Positions 50,706 through 60,854 of a DNA stretch of 64,000 nucleotides are shown one piece after another; positions within the stretch are counted from its first letter, which is position 1; every line of letters starts with the position of its first letter. Source of the DNA: Patescibacteria group bacterium (GTDB lineage Bacteria > Patescibacteriota > Minisyncoccia > Phycocordibacterales > Phycocordibacteraceae); assembly GCA_019744845.1 (NCBI GenBank), contig JAIETW010000002.1, forward strand, positions 5,759 through 69,758, given 5' to 3'. The notes beneath the pieces are model-generated. The model made no database searches and was not told the origin of the DNA. It saw only the letters and a program-made list of their open reading frames with translations. The position numbers and the translations under genes are program-made.

Positions 50706-53700
50706 ATGTCTACTCCACCCAACGCAAAATTGATCTCAACTAAGTTGGCATCAGAAATTTCTGGTTATCATCCAGATTACATTGCGCGACTTTGTCGTTC
50801 AGGAAAAATTGTTTCTGTTCAGTTTGGAAGAAGTTGGCTGGTAGATCGTGAGTCACTTACTTCTTTCTCCAAGGCTCAAGATAAAAAGAAAAAAGAAATT
50901 GCACACGAACTTTCAAAAACTAGAGAACTTGAATACAAGACCGCACGAAAGGGAACAGTTTCCTTATCGTCGTCGCGCAAATCATTCATCACACGTCCTC
51001 AGAGACGTACTGTAGGAACATTTAGAGATAATGCGGTTGCGACGCTTGTAACACTTCTCATTGGCCTTTCAGGCCTCTATGGCTTTCAGTCTGGAGTTGC
51101 TGAATCTATCGGGAATCAGAGCCTCAGACTTGTTTCCGAGACTGCTGAAGGAGTACGTCTAATTGCAGAGGATCTTTTTGTACTTCCAGAGCAAGAGGAC
51201 TTTACTTTCACACTTGAAACAGATCATGTGTTCCGAACTTCTTCTGCAAGACCCCTTTTTCTTCCTGAGGTCCATGTGGCCGATGTAGGTACAAAGAACC
51301 TAGCAATGTCGGATTCCGATATTGCAGCCGTCATTGATGCTCAGGTGTCTAGTCACTCTGCTTCTTCTTTGACGGCTTCTGTTGGAACTATTGCCTTAGA
51401 CCCTACAATAGTTCTTGACACTATTTCTTCGTTTGATCCGATACATATATATATAGGTTCGGGAGAAGTGGTGAGAGAGACGATATTTGGGATACTGGAA
51501 GGATATTCCCAAGGAGTAGTAAGAGGTGCAGACGCATGGATTTCTGGAGGAAGTGAGATTCGGACCTGGTTATTGGCCGTCGCTAATTACGGCCTGACTC
51601 AGGAACTTGCGCTTGGGTCTGAGTTTAACCGCCTGTCTCAGAATCTACTTAACTCATACGAGCAAGGTCTTTATGCCTACGTACAGGAAAGTCGTGGGTG
51701 GCCAGTACATGTTGTCACTGCAACTCACACACTAGGGGGTGTTCTCGGTACTTTGGCACAGGAAATCCCAGACTCAATTGCCAGTTACTATGATCAGGGT
51801 ATCGTTGCGTGGGTCTTGGGAACGCAGGAGGTCGCGGAGGAAGGTAAGGGTGCACTTTTGGCTCTGGGAGAAGCTATATATGGTGCGGGCTCGGAGATAC
51901 AAGAAGCACATATGGCTCTTATACAAGGAACGGGGCTTCTTGCGTATGAGGGCATGGAGAATGTATCGGTCGCGGTCGCAAGTAGGGCCACCACAGTAGC
52001 TACTGCATTTAGTGCCACCTCTGCTAAGGAGGAACCAATTGCATTGGTAGCCGAAGAGCAGTATGCAGACACCTCTTATATGGCTACGACACAACCAGCT
52101 GCAACAGTACTTGCAGCGGAAGGTGCAGAAACTCAAACTAATCCTTTCTACTCTTTTGGAGAAGATCTTGCGCTTTATACCTATACGACGATCAATGACC
52201 TGTTTTACAAGGGACTTACTGTTGTTGCGTCATTCTTTGAACCTCAAGTTGCAATAGTACTGCCTGTACCTACACCGACGGTGGTAGAGAGTTCTCCAGC
52301 AGGTACGAGTTCTTCGTATTCAATAATTTCACAAACACCCGTTCAAAATGTGGTAAATCAAATTACTATTCAAGGTGTGTCGTATGACGTGTTGAATCAA
52401 CGTCTTGCAGAGTTACGACGCACTGTATCAAATGATATTTACGACAGTATTGATAACAATGATAGTGGCGGTGGGGGTGGAGGAAGTGTGAACTCTGTAG
52501 ACATTTCTGGCGGTACAACTGGATTTACGTTTGCGGGAGGTCCTATCACTTCTTCTGGCACAATTACTCTTTCCGGTACGCTTGGTGCAGAGAATGGAGG
52601 AACAGGACAATCAACCTATACCACAGGCGACATTCTGTACGCATCTAACGCAACCACGCTTTCTAAGTTGGGTGTGGGCGCTGCAGGGCAGGTGCTAAAA
52701 GTTGTTGGTGGTGTCCCTACGTGGGCAGCAGATATCACAGGTAGTGGTGGAGCGGGAGCATGGGCGACAAGTACTGACGATCTGTTTATTTCTCCTGCTG
52801 ACATTACCGATGTGGTGCTGATTGGTGCAGCGGCTACCACCACCACGGGGAATATTTTTGAAGTTGCTGGGAATTCACTCTTCCGTGGTTCGTTGATCTC
52901 CTACAACACCATTACCGCACCTATATTTACCTCTACCTCCACTACGGCAACTTCTACTCTTCCGAACACACAGATTACAAATCTTCTTATCGGTGGTGAC
53001 TACTTCACAGAATTTGTAGGTACAGGCCTTGCACTGTCTGGCTCCACACTCACTACCACACTTGGAACTTCAGTTGATATTGCAACAGAAGTTTCCGGTC
53101 TTGCCGCAGGAATCGCAAGCTGGCTCGGCACACCGTCATCTGCCAACCTCGCCACTGCAGTGACGGATGAGACGGGAAGTGGTGCATTAGTCTTTGGTAC
53201 CTCACCAACTCTTACGACGCCAAACCTCGGCACCCCATCTGCCGTCACGCTTACGAACGCAACTGGTCTTCCGATTTCAACGGGCGTCTCAGGTCTCGGT
53301 GCAGGTATTGCAACTTGGCTCGGCACTCCGTCTAGTGCCAATCTTGCAACTGCGCTTACAGATGAAACAGGTTCTGGTGCCGCAGTATTTGCAACAAGCC
53401 CTACATTGGTCACACCCAACCTCGGTACACCGTCTGCAGTAACACTCACTAATGCAACCGGTCTCCCGATCGTTGGTGGTACGACCGGTACTCTCTCTGT
53501 GGCCCGCGGGGGCACTGGCACTACTACTGCACCTTCTGGACAAGTGTTGTACGGAGGTGGAAGCGGTGTGTACCAGAGTGTCGCTACAACCTCAGCTACC
53601 ATTGGGTCCGGTCTTTCGTACTCTGGGACCTTCGGTGCTCTTCTTGGAGGAGTCGCAGGAACACTTTCTCTGAACGCGACTGGGGACTGGACCGGAACCT

Positions 53701-56700
53701 TTGACGGTCAGGAGGGAAGTTACTATCTCTCGCGTGCAAACCACACGGGTACACAACTTGCGTCTACTATCTCTGACTTTAACGCAGCGGTTGCGACCTA
53801 TATAAACTCTTCCACCACTATCTGGGATAACACCACAGAAGCATCACTAGAAACCTTCCTTACTGATGTCACCAACGTCTTCACCAACAACGACGGTGCG
53901 CTTTCTGACGACGATCTTTCAAACAACAGCATAGAAGATCTCTCTGATGTGGCAGCCATGACGAAGAACTACGGAGATCTTCTTTTCTGGAACGGATCTA
54001 CCTGGACCGACATTGCAACTTCTTCTCTTGGAATCACAGGCGGCGGCGGTATCACCGCGATCGGTCCCGCAGGACAAACAGCAGATGGACCAACGGTCAC
54101 TATCGCCACATCCACGGGTTCATTTAATGGACTCACTACTGCTATTACGGTCGTGGGATCTGGTGATACGCTCACCTACACCCCAAGCATCACCGGCACG
54201 CTTGATAATGCTGGTCTGACAAACTCCTCTGTATCGTTTGGTGGCGTCTCCGTCTCCCTTGGCGCTTCTGATGCAACACCAGCCTTCAACCTCGCAGATG
54301 CAACTGGTCTCCCAATCTCAACAGGTGTCTCCGGTCTTGCCGCAGGTATCGCAACCTTCCTTGGAACTCCTTCAAGTGCGAACTTGATAAGTGCAGTCAC
54401 TGACGAAACAGGATCAGGTGCACTCGTCTTCGGCACCAACCCAACCCTCACCACACCAAACCTCGGTACTCCCTCAGCACTCACCCTCACCAACGCCACA
54501 GGTCTTCCACTCACTACTGGTGTCACCGGCACGCTCCCTGCTGCCAATGGAGGAACCGGGCAGTCTACGTACACCGCGGGAGATATTCTGTACGCTTCAA
54601 ATGCGACCACACTTACCAAACTTGGTATAGGAAGCGCAGGTGAAGTGCTGAAGGTTACAGGCGGTGTTCCATCCTGGGAGCCAGATGCAACTGGGGGAGG
54701 TGGCGCCGGCGCATGGGCAACGACGACTGACAATCTTGCGATCTATCCGTCAGACACTTCTGATGTCGTCATAATAGGAGGAAGCGCCACGACTACCACC
54801 GGCAATATTCTTGAAGTTGTAGGAAACTCACTCTTCCGTGGTCTTTTGACTAGCTACAACACAGTCACCGCACCTATATTCACTGCCACCTCTACCACCG
54901 CTACGTCCACATTCCCGAATGCAACTATCACCAACCTTTCTATAGGAGGTGATTATCTTACTGACCTTGTTGGTACTGGTCTTGTGCTCTCTGGTTCTAC
55001 TCTTACCACCACGCTTGGTACGGCAGTTGATATTGCTACAGAAGTGTCAGGTCTTGCCGCAGGTATCGCCACATTCCTTGGAACTCCTTCGTCTGCAAAC
55101 TTTGCTGCCGCGCTTACAGATGAGACAGGCTCAGGCCTTGTCGTATTTAGTACATCTCCCGTACTTACGACCCCGAACCTCGGTACGCCATCAGCAGCGA
55201 CACTCACCAACGCTACGGGCCTCCCACTCACCACCGGTGTCACGGGCACACTTCCTGTGGGCAACGGAGGTACAGGAGCAACAACCTTCACCAACAACCG
55301 TCTCCTTACTGGCAACGGTACAAGCGCACTCGTAGATGAAGCAAACCTGACGTTTGATGGTTCACTCCTTACGGTCACAGGAAATGCAACCACTACGCAA
55401 ATTGGTTCAACGGGGAGTGCGTACTTTGTGACAGGAGGTACTGGCGCGGTAGGAATTGGTTCTACCTCTCCTTCCAAGATGTTGTCTGTGAATGGAGCGT
55501 TTTATGTAGATCCAGGGTCCGCAGGAGTGTCTATCATTGGCGCATCAACAAATATTACTAACTTTGGTGGGATAGTGGGTGCTAATGATACTTTTTATGT
55601 TGCTTCAAGCACCACAGGTACTAACAGTATTCGGAACGCGATATTCTTAGCAAACAGTACTGGTGCAGCAGCAGCAGCAAGTATCTTCCAAGGTATCAAT
55701 GCGTTTGCGGGATATGAAGGTAGTACCGACCTCACTACCACTACAAATGGAGGAGCACTTCGTAACCGTTATGGTGCGATAAATGCAAGTGTGGGTCGTA
55801 ACGTGGCGAAGGCAAGTGGAGTGGTGAGTACGATCGTTGTGATTGGTACAACAGCAAGCACCACCGACGGTGCATCTTTTGCAGCAGAGTCGCCATCTAT
55901 TTCTGCAGGGAACCTCCTCACAAACTACTATGGTTTCCGTGCGGAAGGCGGCGCAGTGTCTGGTACCCTTACGAACCGGTATGGTCTCTACATAGATGAC
56001 ATGACTGGAGGAACGAACCGGTATGGTATTTACCAAGCAGGCTCCACTGATCTAAACTATCTTGCTGGAAATCTTGGTATTGGCACCACTACACCAGCAC
56101 AGACGCTTGCAGTTGGAGGTAACGTTATTATTGGTTCTTCAACTGCAGGCGGCAGCAACGGTACATTGACGTATGGTGGTGTCACACTTGCTAACTCTGT
56201 GACTGGTACGGGTTCTATGGTGTTGTCTACATCACCAACCCTCACCACACCAAACCTCGGCACACCTTCAACACTCATTCTCACTAATGCAACCGGACTT
56301 CCAGTCTCCACTGGTATCTCTGGACTCGGTACTGGTGTTGCTACCGCGCTTGCAGTGAACACAGGTACCGCCGGTTCCTTTGTGGTGAATGGAGGTGCAC
56401 TTGGTACTCCTTCATCTGGAACTCTGACGAACGCCACCGGACTCCCACTTACGACCGGTGTCACGGGCACACTCCCCGTTGGTAACGGCGGAACTGGCGC
56501 CACTACCTTTACTAACAACCGTCTCCTCACCGGGAACGGCACCAGTGCATTGGTAGACGAAGCAAACCTTACCTTTGATGGCTCACTCCTTACTGTCACG
56601 GGGAATGCCTCAACTACGCAAATTGGATCTACGGGAAGTGCGTACTTTGTGACAGGAGGTACTGGCGCAGTGGGCATTGGAACGACGACTCCAATAAATA

Positions 56701-58457
56701 AATTTGAAGTTGCGGCAGACGCCGCAAGTATCGGCGATTCAGGACAGGTGAGGATTAAAGGAACGACGAATCCAAATAAAGGAATTACTATCGGCTACGA
56801 TACGACGCTTAACGTAGGTGCGATTTACGCCAGCATCGCTGGTACGAGCGCATCAAATCTTGCACTTCAAGCAGCGGGCGGCAACGTCGGTATCGCCACA
56901 ACCTCTCCATTCACTACTTTTGCGGTCGGAGGGAACTCATACCTTGGCGGCAACCTGACTGCAACTGGCACGGTTACGTTCTCCGCACTCACTGCATCAC
57001 GCGCAGTCTGTACGACGACTGGTGGTCAGCTTACAGTCACCTGTGCATCTTCCGATTTGGCGTCGTCACTTTCCGACGAAACAGGAACAGGATCAGTAGT
57101 CTTCAGTGCGTCACCAAGCTTTACGGGTGATGTACTGTTCTCTACGACAACGAGTAGCGGTTGGCCGGCCACCATCTTTGCTTCTTCTGAGGCACAGCTT
57201 TCTCTCTCGTCTGGAGCAGGTGTGTCGCAATGGGTGTTCCGTAACGCAGGGGGCACTTTCTACCTTGCAACGACAACAGTCGCAGGCACCGCAACCAGTA
57301 CCGTACCCGCGTTCTCTATTGGAAGCACAAACACCTTTACTACAGGAGGAAACCTTTCGGTCGGTGGTGGTACAGGAAAAATCACGGTCGGTACCATTGA
57401 TCCGGTCTACACTATTGATGGGGTGAACTATGCAACGTACGTCGCAGGCATGATTGGTCAGAAGGAAGAGACCACGGGAACCGCGGTCATTGCGACACCA
57501 ATCACTGCACCTGATGGCACCACGGGATACGCACATGTGATTGAGTTTGACGAAGAGCAGCCAGGAAGTGATGTGTGGCTCTTCGGTCGTGCGACGAACA
57601 TTCGCGAAAACATAGACAAGGTAGTGGTGCTTCTTTCTGCAGAAGGGAACACTAAAGTGTGGTACACGGTTGATCGTGCGAATCGTAAAGTGTATCTCCT
57701 TGCAGACACTCCAACACGCGTCTCATACCGCATGACGGCGCCACGTTTTGATTTTGCAAACTGGACTAACTACAACGAAGACGATGTACTGGGCTTTGAC
57801 CCCACATGGGATGAAAATACTGAGTTCTTCACTGGCGGTCTTAACTTCTCATTTGACGATGCGATCATTACGACAGGCACGACGACTCTTGCACATTTAA
57901 TTGAAGAAGCGGATGAGGATGATGACACCACGTACGCATGGACTGGTGCACTCTCCTTTGTGAGCGAGGGCCTCAAGGAAGCCATGGAATCACTTGAGGA
58001 CTCAGTGATCTATGTATTTGAAGGAGCACAGTACTACGCAGATGGAATCTTTAAGCGTATCTTTGCCGGGGAAGTACACACCGATACGCTTTGTATTACG
58101 GATGAGAATGGAGAGACCTGTATTACGCGCGATCAATTGAAAGCACTCCTTGCGGGTGCGGGCGCTGCACCTGCAGCAAGTCCAAGTAATAACGGAGGAG
58201 GATCGTCTGGCGGGGGTTCCTCAAACGATACGAATAATGACGGAGGAGATACTGGCGATACTCCAGGAGGGGACGATAACCCAACCGATAATGGTGACGC
58301 CGGGGCTGCAGGAGGTGATACAAGTGGGGAAAGCGGTGGTGAGTCTGCAGGAGAAGGTTCTGGAGGGTCAGATGAGGAAGGAGGAGATAATGGCGGAGAT
58401 ACGGCCTCTGGTGGCGATGGAGGAGGTGACTCAGGTGGTGGGGATGGAGGGGTGTAG
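50706..58457 (+). CDS. Giant surface protein, 2583 aa: N-terminal HTH, TM, helical stalk, tail-fibre-like repeats, Gly/Asp tail
   Basis: LISTKLASEISGYHPDYIARLCRSGKI....GRSWLV; TM AVATLVTLLIGLSGLYGF; repeated TDETGSG.LVF.TSPTL.TPNLGTPS...LTNATGLP and GIGTTTP; LCITDENGETCIT near the C-terminus. Confidence 0.85.
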   Translation: MSTPPNAKLISTKLASEISGYHPDYIARLCRSGKIVSVQFGRSWLVDRESLTSFSKAQDKKKKEIAHELSKTRELEYKTARKGTVSLSSSRKSFITRPQRRTVGTFRDNAVATLVTLLIGLSGLYGFQSGVAESIGNQSLRLVSETAEGVRLIAEDLFVLPEQEDFTFTLETDHVFRTSSARPLFLPEVHVADVGTKNLAMSDSDIAAVIDAQVSSHSASSLTASVGTIALDPTIVLDTISSFDPIHIYIGSGEVVRETIFGILEGYSQGVVRGADAWISGGSEIRTWLLAVANYGLTQELALGSEFNRLSQNLLNSYEQGLYAYVQESRGWPVHVVTATHTLGGVLGTLAQEIPDSIASYYDQGIVAWVLGTQEVAEEGKGALLALGEAIYGAGSEIQEAHMALIQGTGLLAYEGMENVSVAVASRATTVATAFSATSAKEEPIALVAEEQYADTSYMATTQPAATVLAAEGAETQTNPFYSFGEDLALYTYTTINDLFYKGLTVVASFFEPQVAIVLPVPTPTVVESSPAGTSSSYSIISQTPVQNVVNQITIQGVSYDVLNQRLAELRRTVSNDIYDSIDNNDSGGGGGGSVNSVDISGGTTGFTFAGGPITSSGTITLSGTLGAENGGTGQSTYTTGDILYASNATTLSKLGVGAAGQVLKVVGGVPTWAADITGSGGAGAWATSTDDLFISPADITDVVLIGAAATTTTGNIFEVAGNSLFRGSLISYNTITAPIFTSTSTTATSTLPNTQITNLLIGGDYFTEFVGTGLALSGSTLTTTLGTSVDIATEVSGLAAGIASWLGTPSSANLATAVTDETGSGALVFGTSPTLTTPNLGTPSAVTLTNATGLPISTGVSGLGAGIATWLGTPSSANLATALTDETGSGAAVFATSPTLVTPNLGTPSAVTLTNATGLPIVGGTTGTLSVARGGTGTTTAPSGQVLYGGGSGVYQSVATTSATIGSGLSYSGTFGALLGGVAGTLSLNATGDWTGTFDGQEGSYYLSRANHTGTQLASTISDFNAAVATYINSSTTIWDNTTEASLETFLTDVTNVFTNNDGALSDDDLSNNSIEDLSDVAAMTKNYGDLLFWNGSTWTDIATSSLGITGGGGITAIGPAGQTADGPTVTIATSTGSFNGLTTAITVVGSGDTLTYTPSITGTLDNAGLTNSSVSFGGVSVSLGASDATPAFNLADATGLPISTGVSGLAAGIATFLGTPSSANLISAVTDETGSGALVFGTNPTLTTPNLGTPSALTLTNATGLPLTTGVTGTLPAANGGTGQSTYTAGDILYASNATTLTKLGIGSAGEVLKVTGGVPSWEPDATGGGGAGAWATTTDNLAIYPSDTSDVVIIGGSATTTTGNILEVVGNSLFRGLLTSYNTVTAPIFTATSTTATSTFPNATITNLSIGGDYLTDLVGTGLVLSGSTLTTTLGTAVDIATEVSGLAAGIATFLGTPSSANFAAALTDETGSGLVVFSTSPVLTTPNLGTPSAATLTNATGLPLTTGVTGTLPVGNGGTGATTFTNNRLLTGNGTSALVDEANLTFDGSLLTVTGNATTTQIGSTGSAYFVTGGTGAVGIGSTSPSKMLSVNGAFYVDPGSAGVSIIGASTNITNFGGIVGANDTFYVASSTTGTNSIRNAIFLANSTGAAAAASIFQGINAFAGYEGSTDLTTTTNGGALRNRYGAINASVGRNVAKASGVVSTIVVIGTTASTTDGASFAAESPSISAGNLLTNYYGFRAEGGAVSGTLTNRYGLYIDDMTGGTNRYGIYQAGSTDLNYLAGNLGIGTTTPAQTLAVGGNVIIGSSTAGGSNGTLTYGGVTLANSVTGTGSMVLSTSPTLTTPNLGTPSTLILTNATGLPVSTGISGLGTGVATALAVNTGTAGSFVVNGGALGTPSSGTLTNATGLPLTTGVTGTLPVGNGGTGATTFTNNRLLTGNGTSALVDEANLTFDGSLLTVTGNASTTQIGSTGSAYFVTGGTGAVGIGTTTPINKFEVAADAASIGDSGQVRIKGTTNPNKGITIGYDTTLNVGAIYASIAGTSASNLALQAAGGNVGIATTSPFTTFAVGGNSYLGGNLTATGTVTFSALTASRAVCTTTGGQLTVTCASSDLASSLSDETGTGSVVFSASPSFTGDVLFSTTTSSGWPATIFASSEAQLSLSSGAGVSQWVFRNAGGTFYLATTTVAGTATSTVPAFSIGSTNTFTTGGNLSVGGGTGKITVGTIDPVYTIDGVNYATYVAGMIGQKEETTGTAVIATPITAPDGTTGYAHVIEFDEEQPGSDVWLFGRATNIRENIDKVVVLLSAEGNTKVWYTVDRANRKVYLLADTPTRVSYRMTAPRFDFANWTNYNEDDVLGFDPTWDENTEFFTGGLNFSFDDAIITTGTTTLAHLIEEADEDDDTTYAWTGALSFVSEGLKEAMESLEDSVIYVFEGAQYYADGIFKRIFAGEVHTDTLCITDENGETCITRDQLKALLAGAGAAPAASPSNNGGGSSGGGSSNDTNNDGGDTGDTPGGDDNPTDNGDAGAAGGDTSGESGGESAGEGSGGSDEEGGDNGGDTASGGDGGGDSGGGDGGV
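52590..56681 (+). repeat. Internal coding repeats of the giant gene
   Basis: Module NGGTGQSTYT.GDILYASNATTL...TDETGSG begins near 52590 and near 54545. An 87-aa module occurs at 55200-55460 and 56421-56681. Multiple TPNLGTPS units. Confidence 0.9.
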
Positions 58458-58498
58458 CCCTGTTCTCCTTGGGTATACTGTAACTACTTACTCATCTA

Positions 58499-60793
58499 AT
58501 GCGTACTCTCATGAACGTGCAGACCCGATTCTCTCTTATCGCACTTTTTGCGCTTGTGCTCGTGCCTGGGGCGTTGTTTGCGCAGGAAACTCCAGAGTTT
58601 CTCACCAGCACGCTCTCCCTTGGGTCTGAAGGAGAAGAGGTCGCATTGCTTCAGACATGGCTTGCCTCTGATGCAGAGATATATCCTGAGGGATCGGTCA
58701 CCAGTGTCTACGATGCAGCTACAGAATCGGCAGTGAAGCGGTATCAAGAGAGGCAAGGTGTCGTGCTTACTGATCCTTCAGGGGAAAGCATGTACGGAGA
58801 GGTGGGTCCTATCACTCGTGCAGATTTGAATGCACGGTTCTCTTCTACGCGTGGAGGTATTGCAGTCGTTGAAGGTCCGTATGCTGCAGGCGCACTCTGG
58901 AAGGGAGATTCATTCGTACCATTTGAACAAATGACTTCTCCAACTCCTGGAGCCATTGCGAGTGTTGAGTTGTGGGTGAAGCCCGCTGCACTTACTGAAC
59001 ACGACACCCGTATTTTTACGGTTGGTGAAGGATACAGTGTGGGCACACAGTCTGAAGGAAAAATCTTTGCACAAAGTTTTGCAGGCAAAGCAGTAAGTAT
59101 TGATCGTGTTCTCCGCGCAGGGGAGTGGCAGCATATTGCGGTCTACTTTACGAACGAATCTGCGGTGATTGTCTACAACGACGCCGTACTCGGTACCTAC
59201 ACACTCCAGCCGCAGCGTCCATGGACTGCGTTTGATGCATTCTTTGATCGGACATTTGCAAATCTCTTCGGTGGTCTTGTTCCTACGCGAGATACCGGGA
59301 CTTCTGTTGCAGCAACACAGAGCACAGAAGTCGTAGCGCCTGTTGCAGAATCCTCAAATATATTCGGAAAGATCGCTTCTTTCTTCCGTGGTATTTTCGG
59401 TCTCCCTGAGCCAGCACCAACATCAGAACCTGCTCCAGTTGTAGAAGCGCCGAGTGTGCCGGAAGAGCCAGAACCAGTTCCTGCCAAGCCAGAAACTCCC
59501 GCCACCACTCCAAATATTTTTGCGGGACCTCCGAAGGTAACGCTCCCACCTGCGCCTGCAGTATTCCCAACCGTGACGACGACCAAGGTTGCGACGACTA
59601 CTCTCGTCGCTACCACGACGGCAACCAGCACACTCGCGGTCGCAACGACGACCGCCACCAGTACTGATCCAGTCGCGACCAGCACTGACGCTACCAAAGC
59701 TACTGCCGGTGGTTCATCTGCAGTCACAGTAAAGGGTGCACCAGTCATCACTCTCCAAGGAAGTGAACTCATTGAGATTGATGGAGGAGATGTGTACAAC
59801 GACCCAGGGGCGAGCGCAAAGGATGATGAAGACGGCAACCTTACGAAGAAGGTGGTCATCAGTGGCGACAAGATTAACTACAACAAGGTAGGGGACTACA
59901 AGATCAAGTACAACGTAACCGACTCAGATGGAAACAAGGCCGTTGAAGTGATTCGTATTGTTCGCGTGGTGACCCCTGCGCCTATTCCTGAAAGTCAGCA
60001 GCAGCCTCGCTACTCACTGCCAGGTGCGGGTGAAGATGTTACTTACACGGTCTCAAGTGGTACAGGTGTGGATCCGAAATTCGTATCCGTAGAGATTAGT
60101 CCGCTGCACGTATATGTAGGTCAAACACAGACATTTACAGTGAAAGTGTCGTCGGCTGCGGGAGTGGAATCAGTTACCTCTGAGACAGAGCTTGATACCA
60201 CTACCCTTGATCTCCCGCTCACCTTGAAGAGTTCAAGTGGAGGAGTGGATACCTATGAAGCATCATGGGTTGTATACGACACACACGTGAAGACCTACCT
60301 CACGACATTCACTGCAGAAAGTAATTCAGGCAGTGAGAACTCCATTACCATGGCGTGGTCAGACCCTTGCCCAGGATTGACCCAAGGTTCATCCTCATCA
60401 GTTTCAAGTAACTGTAGTGTGTCCTCTGTTGCAGGTCTTGATGGAGGAACGGTCACCATTCCTGGTGGTGTGACGCTCACACTCAACAGTGGCGCAACGT
60501 GGGCTTGGAATCCTGGGACCTCCATCATCGTTGACGGAGCTATTGTAAAGGCAAGTGGTGCACAGCTTCGTAAGGGATACCTCTTCTACTCAGGTTCTAC
60601 GAACGAGACGGCAAACACTTCATCATTTGTATTTGACACCAATTCCAGTTTGTCCGGACACGTTCGTGCAAACGCGTATACCCAAGGCTACTACTATGCG
60701 CAGGGATACTACTACTCACAGGGCTACTACCAGGGTGGGTATTACTTCGAAAGCGGATACGGAGGATTCCAAATCTTTGAGTTCATCCCATAG
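58499..60793 (+). CDS. Secreted protein: peptidoglycan-binding domain, LamG-like domain, Pro/Thr linker, DUF5011 Ig domain, Tyr/Gln/Gly tail
   Basis: LSLGSEGEEVALLQ...T..AVKRYQ...GEVGPITRA; SVELWVKP / WQHIAV; PVITLQG...DPGASA.D..DG...YNVTDSDGN; YTQGYYYAQGYYYSQGYY. Confidence 0.8.
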   Translation: MRTLMNVQTRFSLIALFALVLVPGALFAQETPEFLTSTLSLGSEGEEVALLQTWLASDAEIYPEGSVTSVYDAATESAVKRYQERQGVVLTDPSGESMYGEVGPITRADLNARFSSTRGGIAVVEGPYAAGALWKGDSFVPFEQMTSPTPGAIASVELWVKPAALTEHDTRIFTVGEGYSVGTQSEGKIFAQSFAGKAVSIDRVLRAGEWQHIAVYFTNESAVIVYNDAVLGTYTLQPQRPWTAFDAFFDRTFANLFGGLVPTRDTGTSVAATQSTEVVAPVAESSNIFGKIASFFRGIFGLPEPAPTSEPAPVVEAPSVPEEPEPVPAKPETPATTPNIFAGPPKVTLPPAPAVFPTVTTTKVATTTLVATTTATSTLAVATTTATSTDPVATSTDATKATAGGSSAVTVKGAPVITLQGSELIEIDGGDVYNDPGASAKDDEDGNLTKKVVISGDKINYNKVGDYKIKYNVTDSDGNKAVEVIRIVRVVTPAPIPESQQQPRYSLPGAGEDVTYTVSSGTGVDPKFVSVEISPLHVYVGQTQTFTVKVSSAAGVESVTSETELDTTTLDLPLTLKSSSGGVDTYEASWVVYDTHVKTYLTTFTAESNSGSENSITMAWSDPCPGLTQGSSSSVSSNCSVSSVAGLDGGTVTIPGGVTLTLNSGATWAWNPGTSIIVDGAIVKASGAQLRKGYLFYSGSTNETANTSSFVFDTNSSLSGHVRANAYTQGYYYAQGYYYSQGYYQGGYYFESGYGGFQIFEFIP

Positions 60794-60854
60794 TGTTGTC
60801 ACCTAGGTGTACGCGTGCTGCGCCTCAGAATGAAGCGGAGTATACTTTGCCTAC

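Noticed and set aside
52590-57130. CRISPR array or DGR template/variable repeats
   Set aside because: The repeats are in-frame and differ mainly at synonymous positions rather than at adenines. No spacers, cas genes or reverse transcriptase are present.
50706-58457. Prophage tail fibre
   Set aside because: No capsid, terminase or integrase nearby. The protein has an N-terminal HTH and TM and sits among cellular genes.
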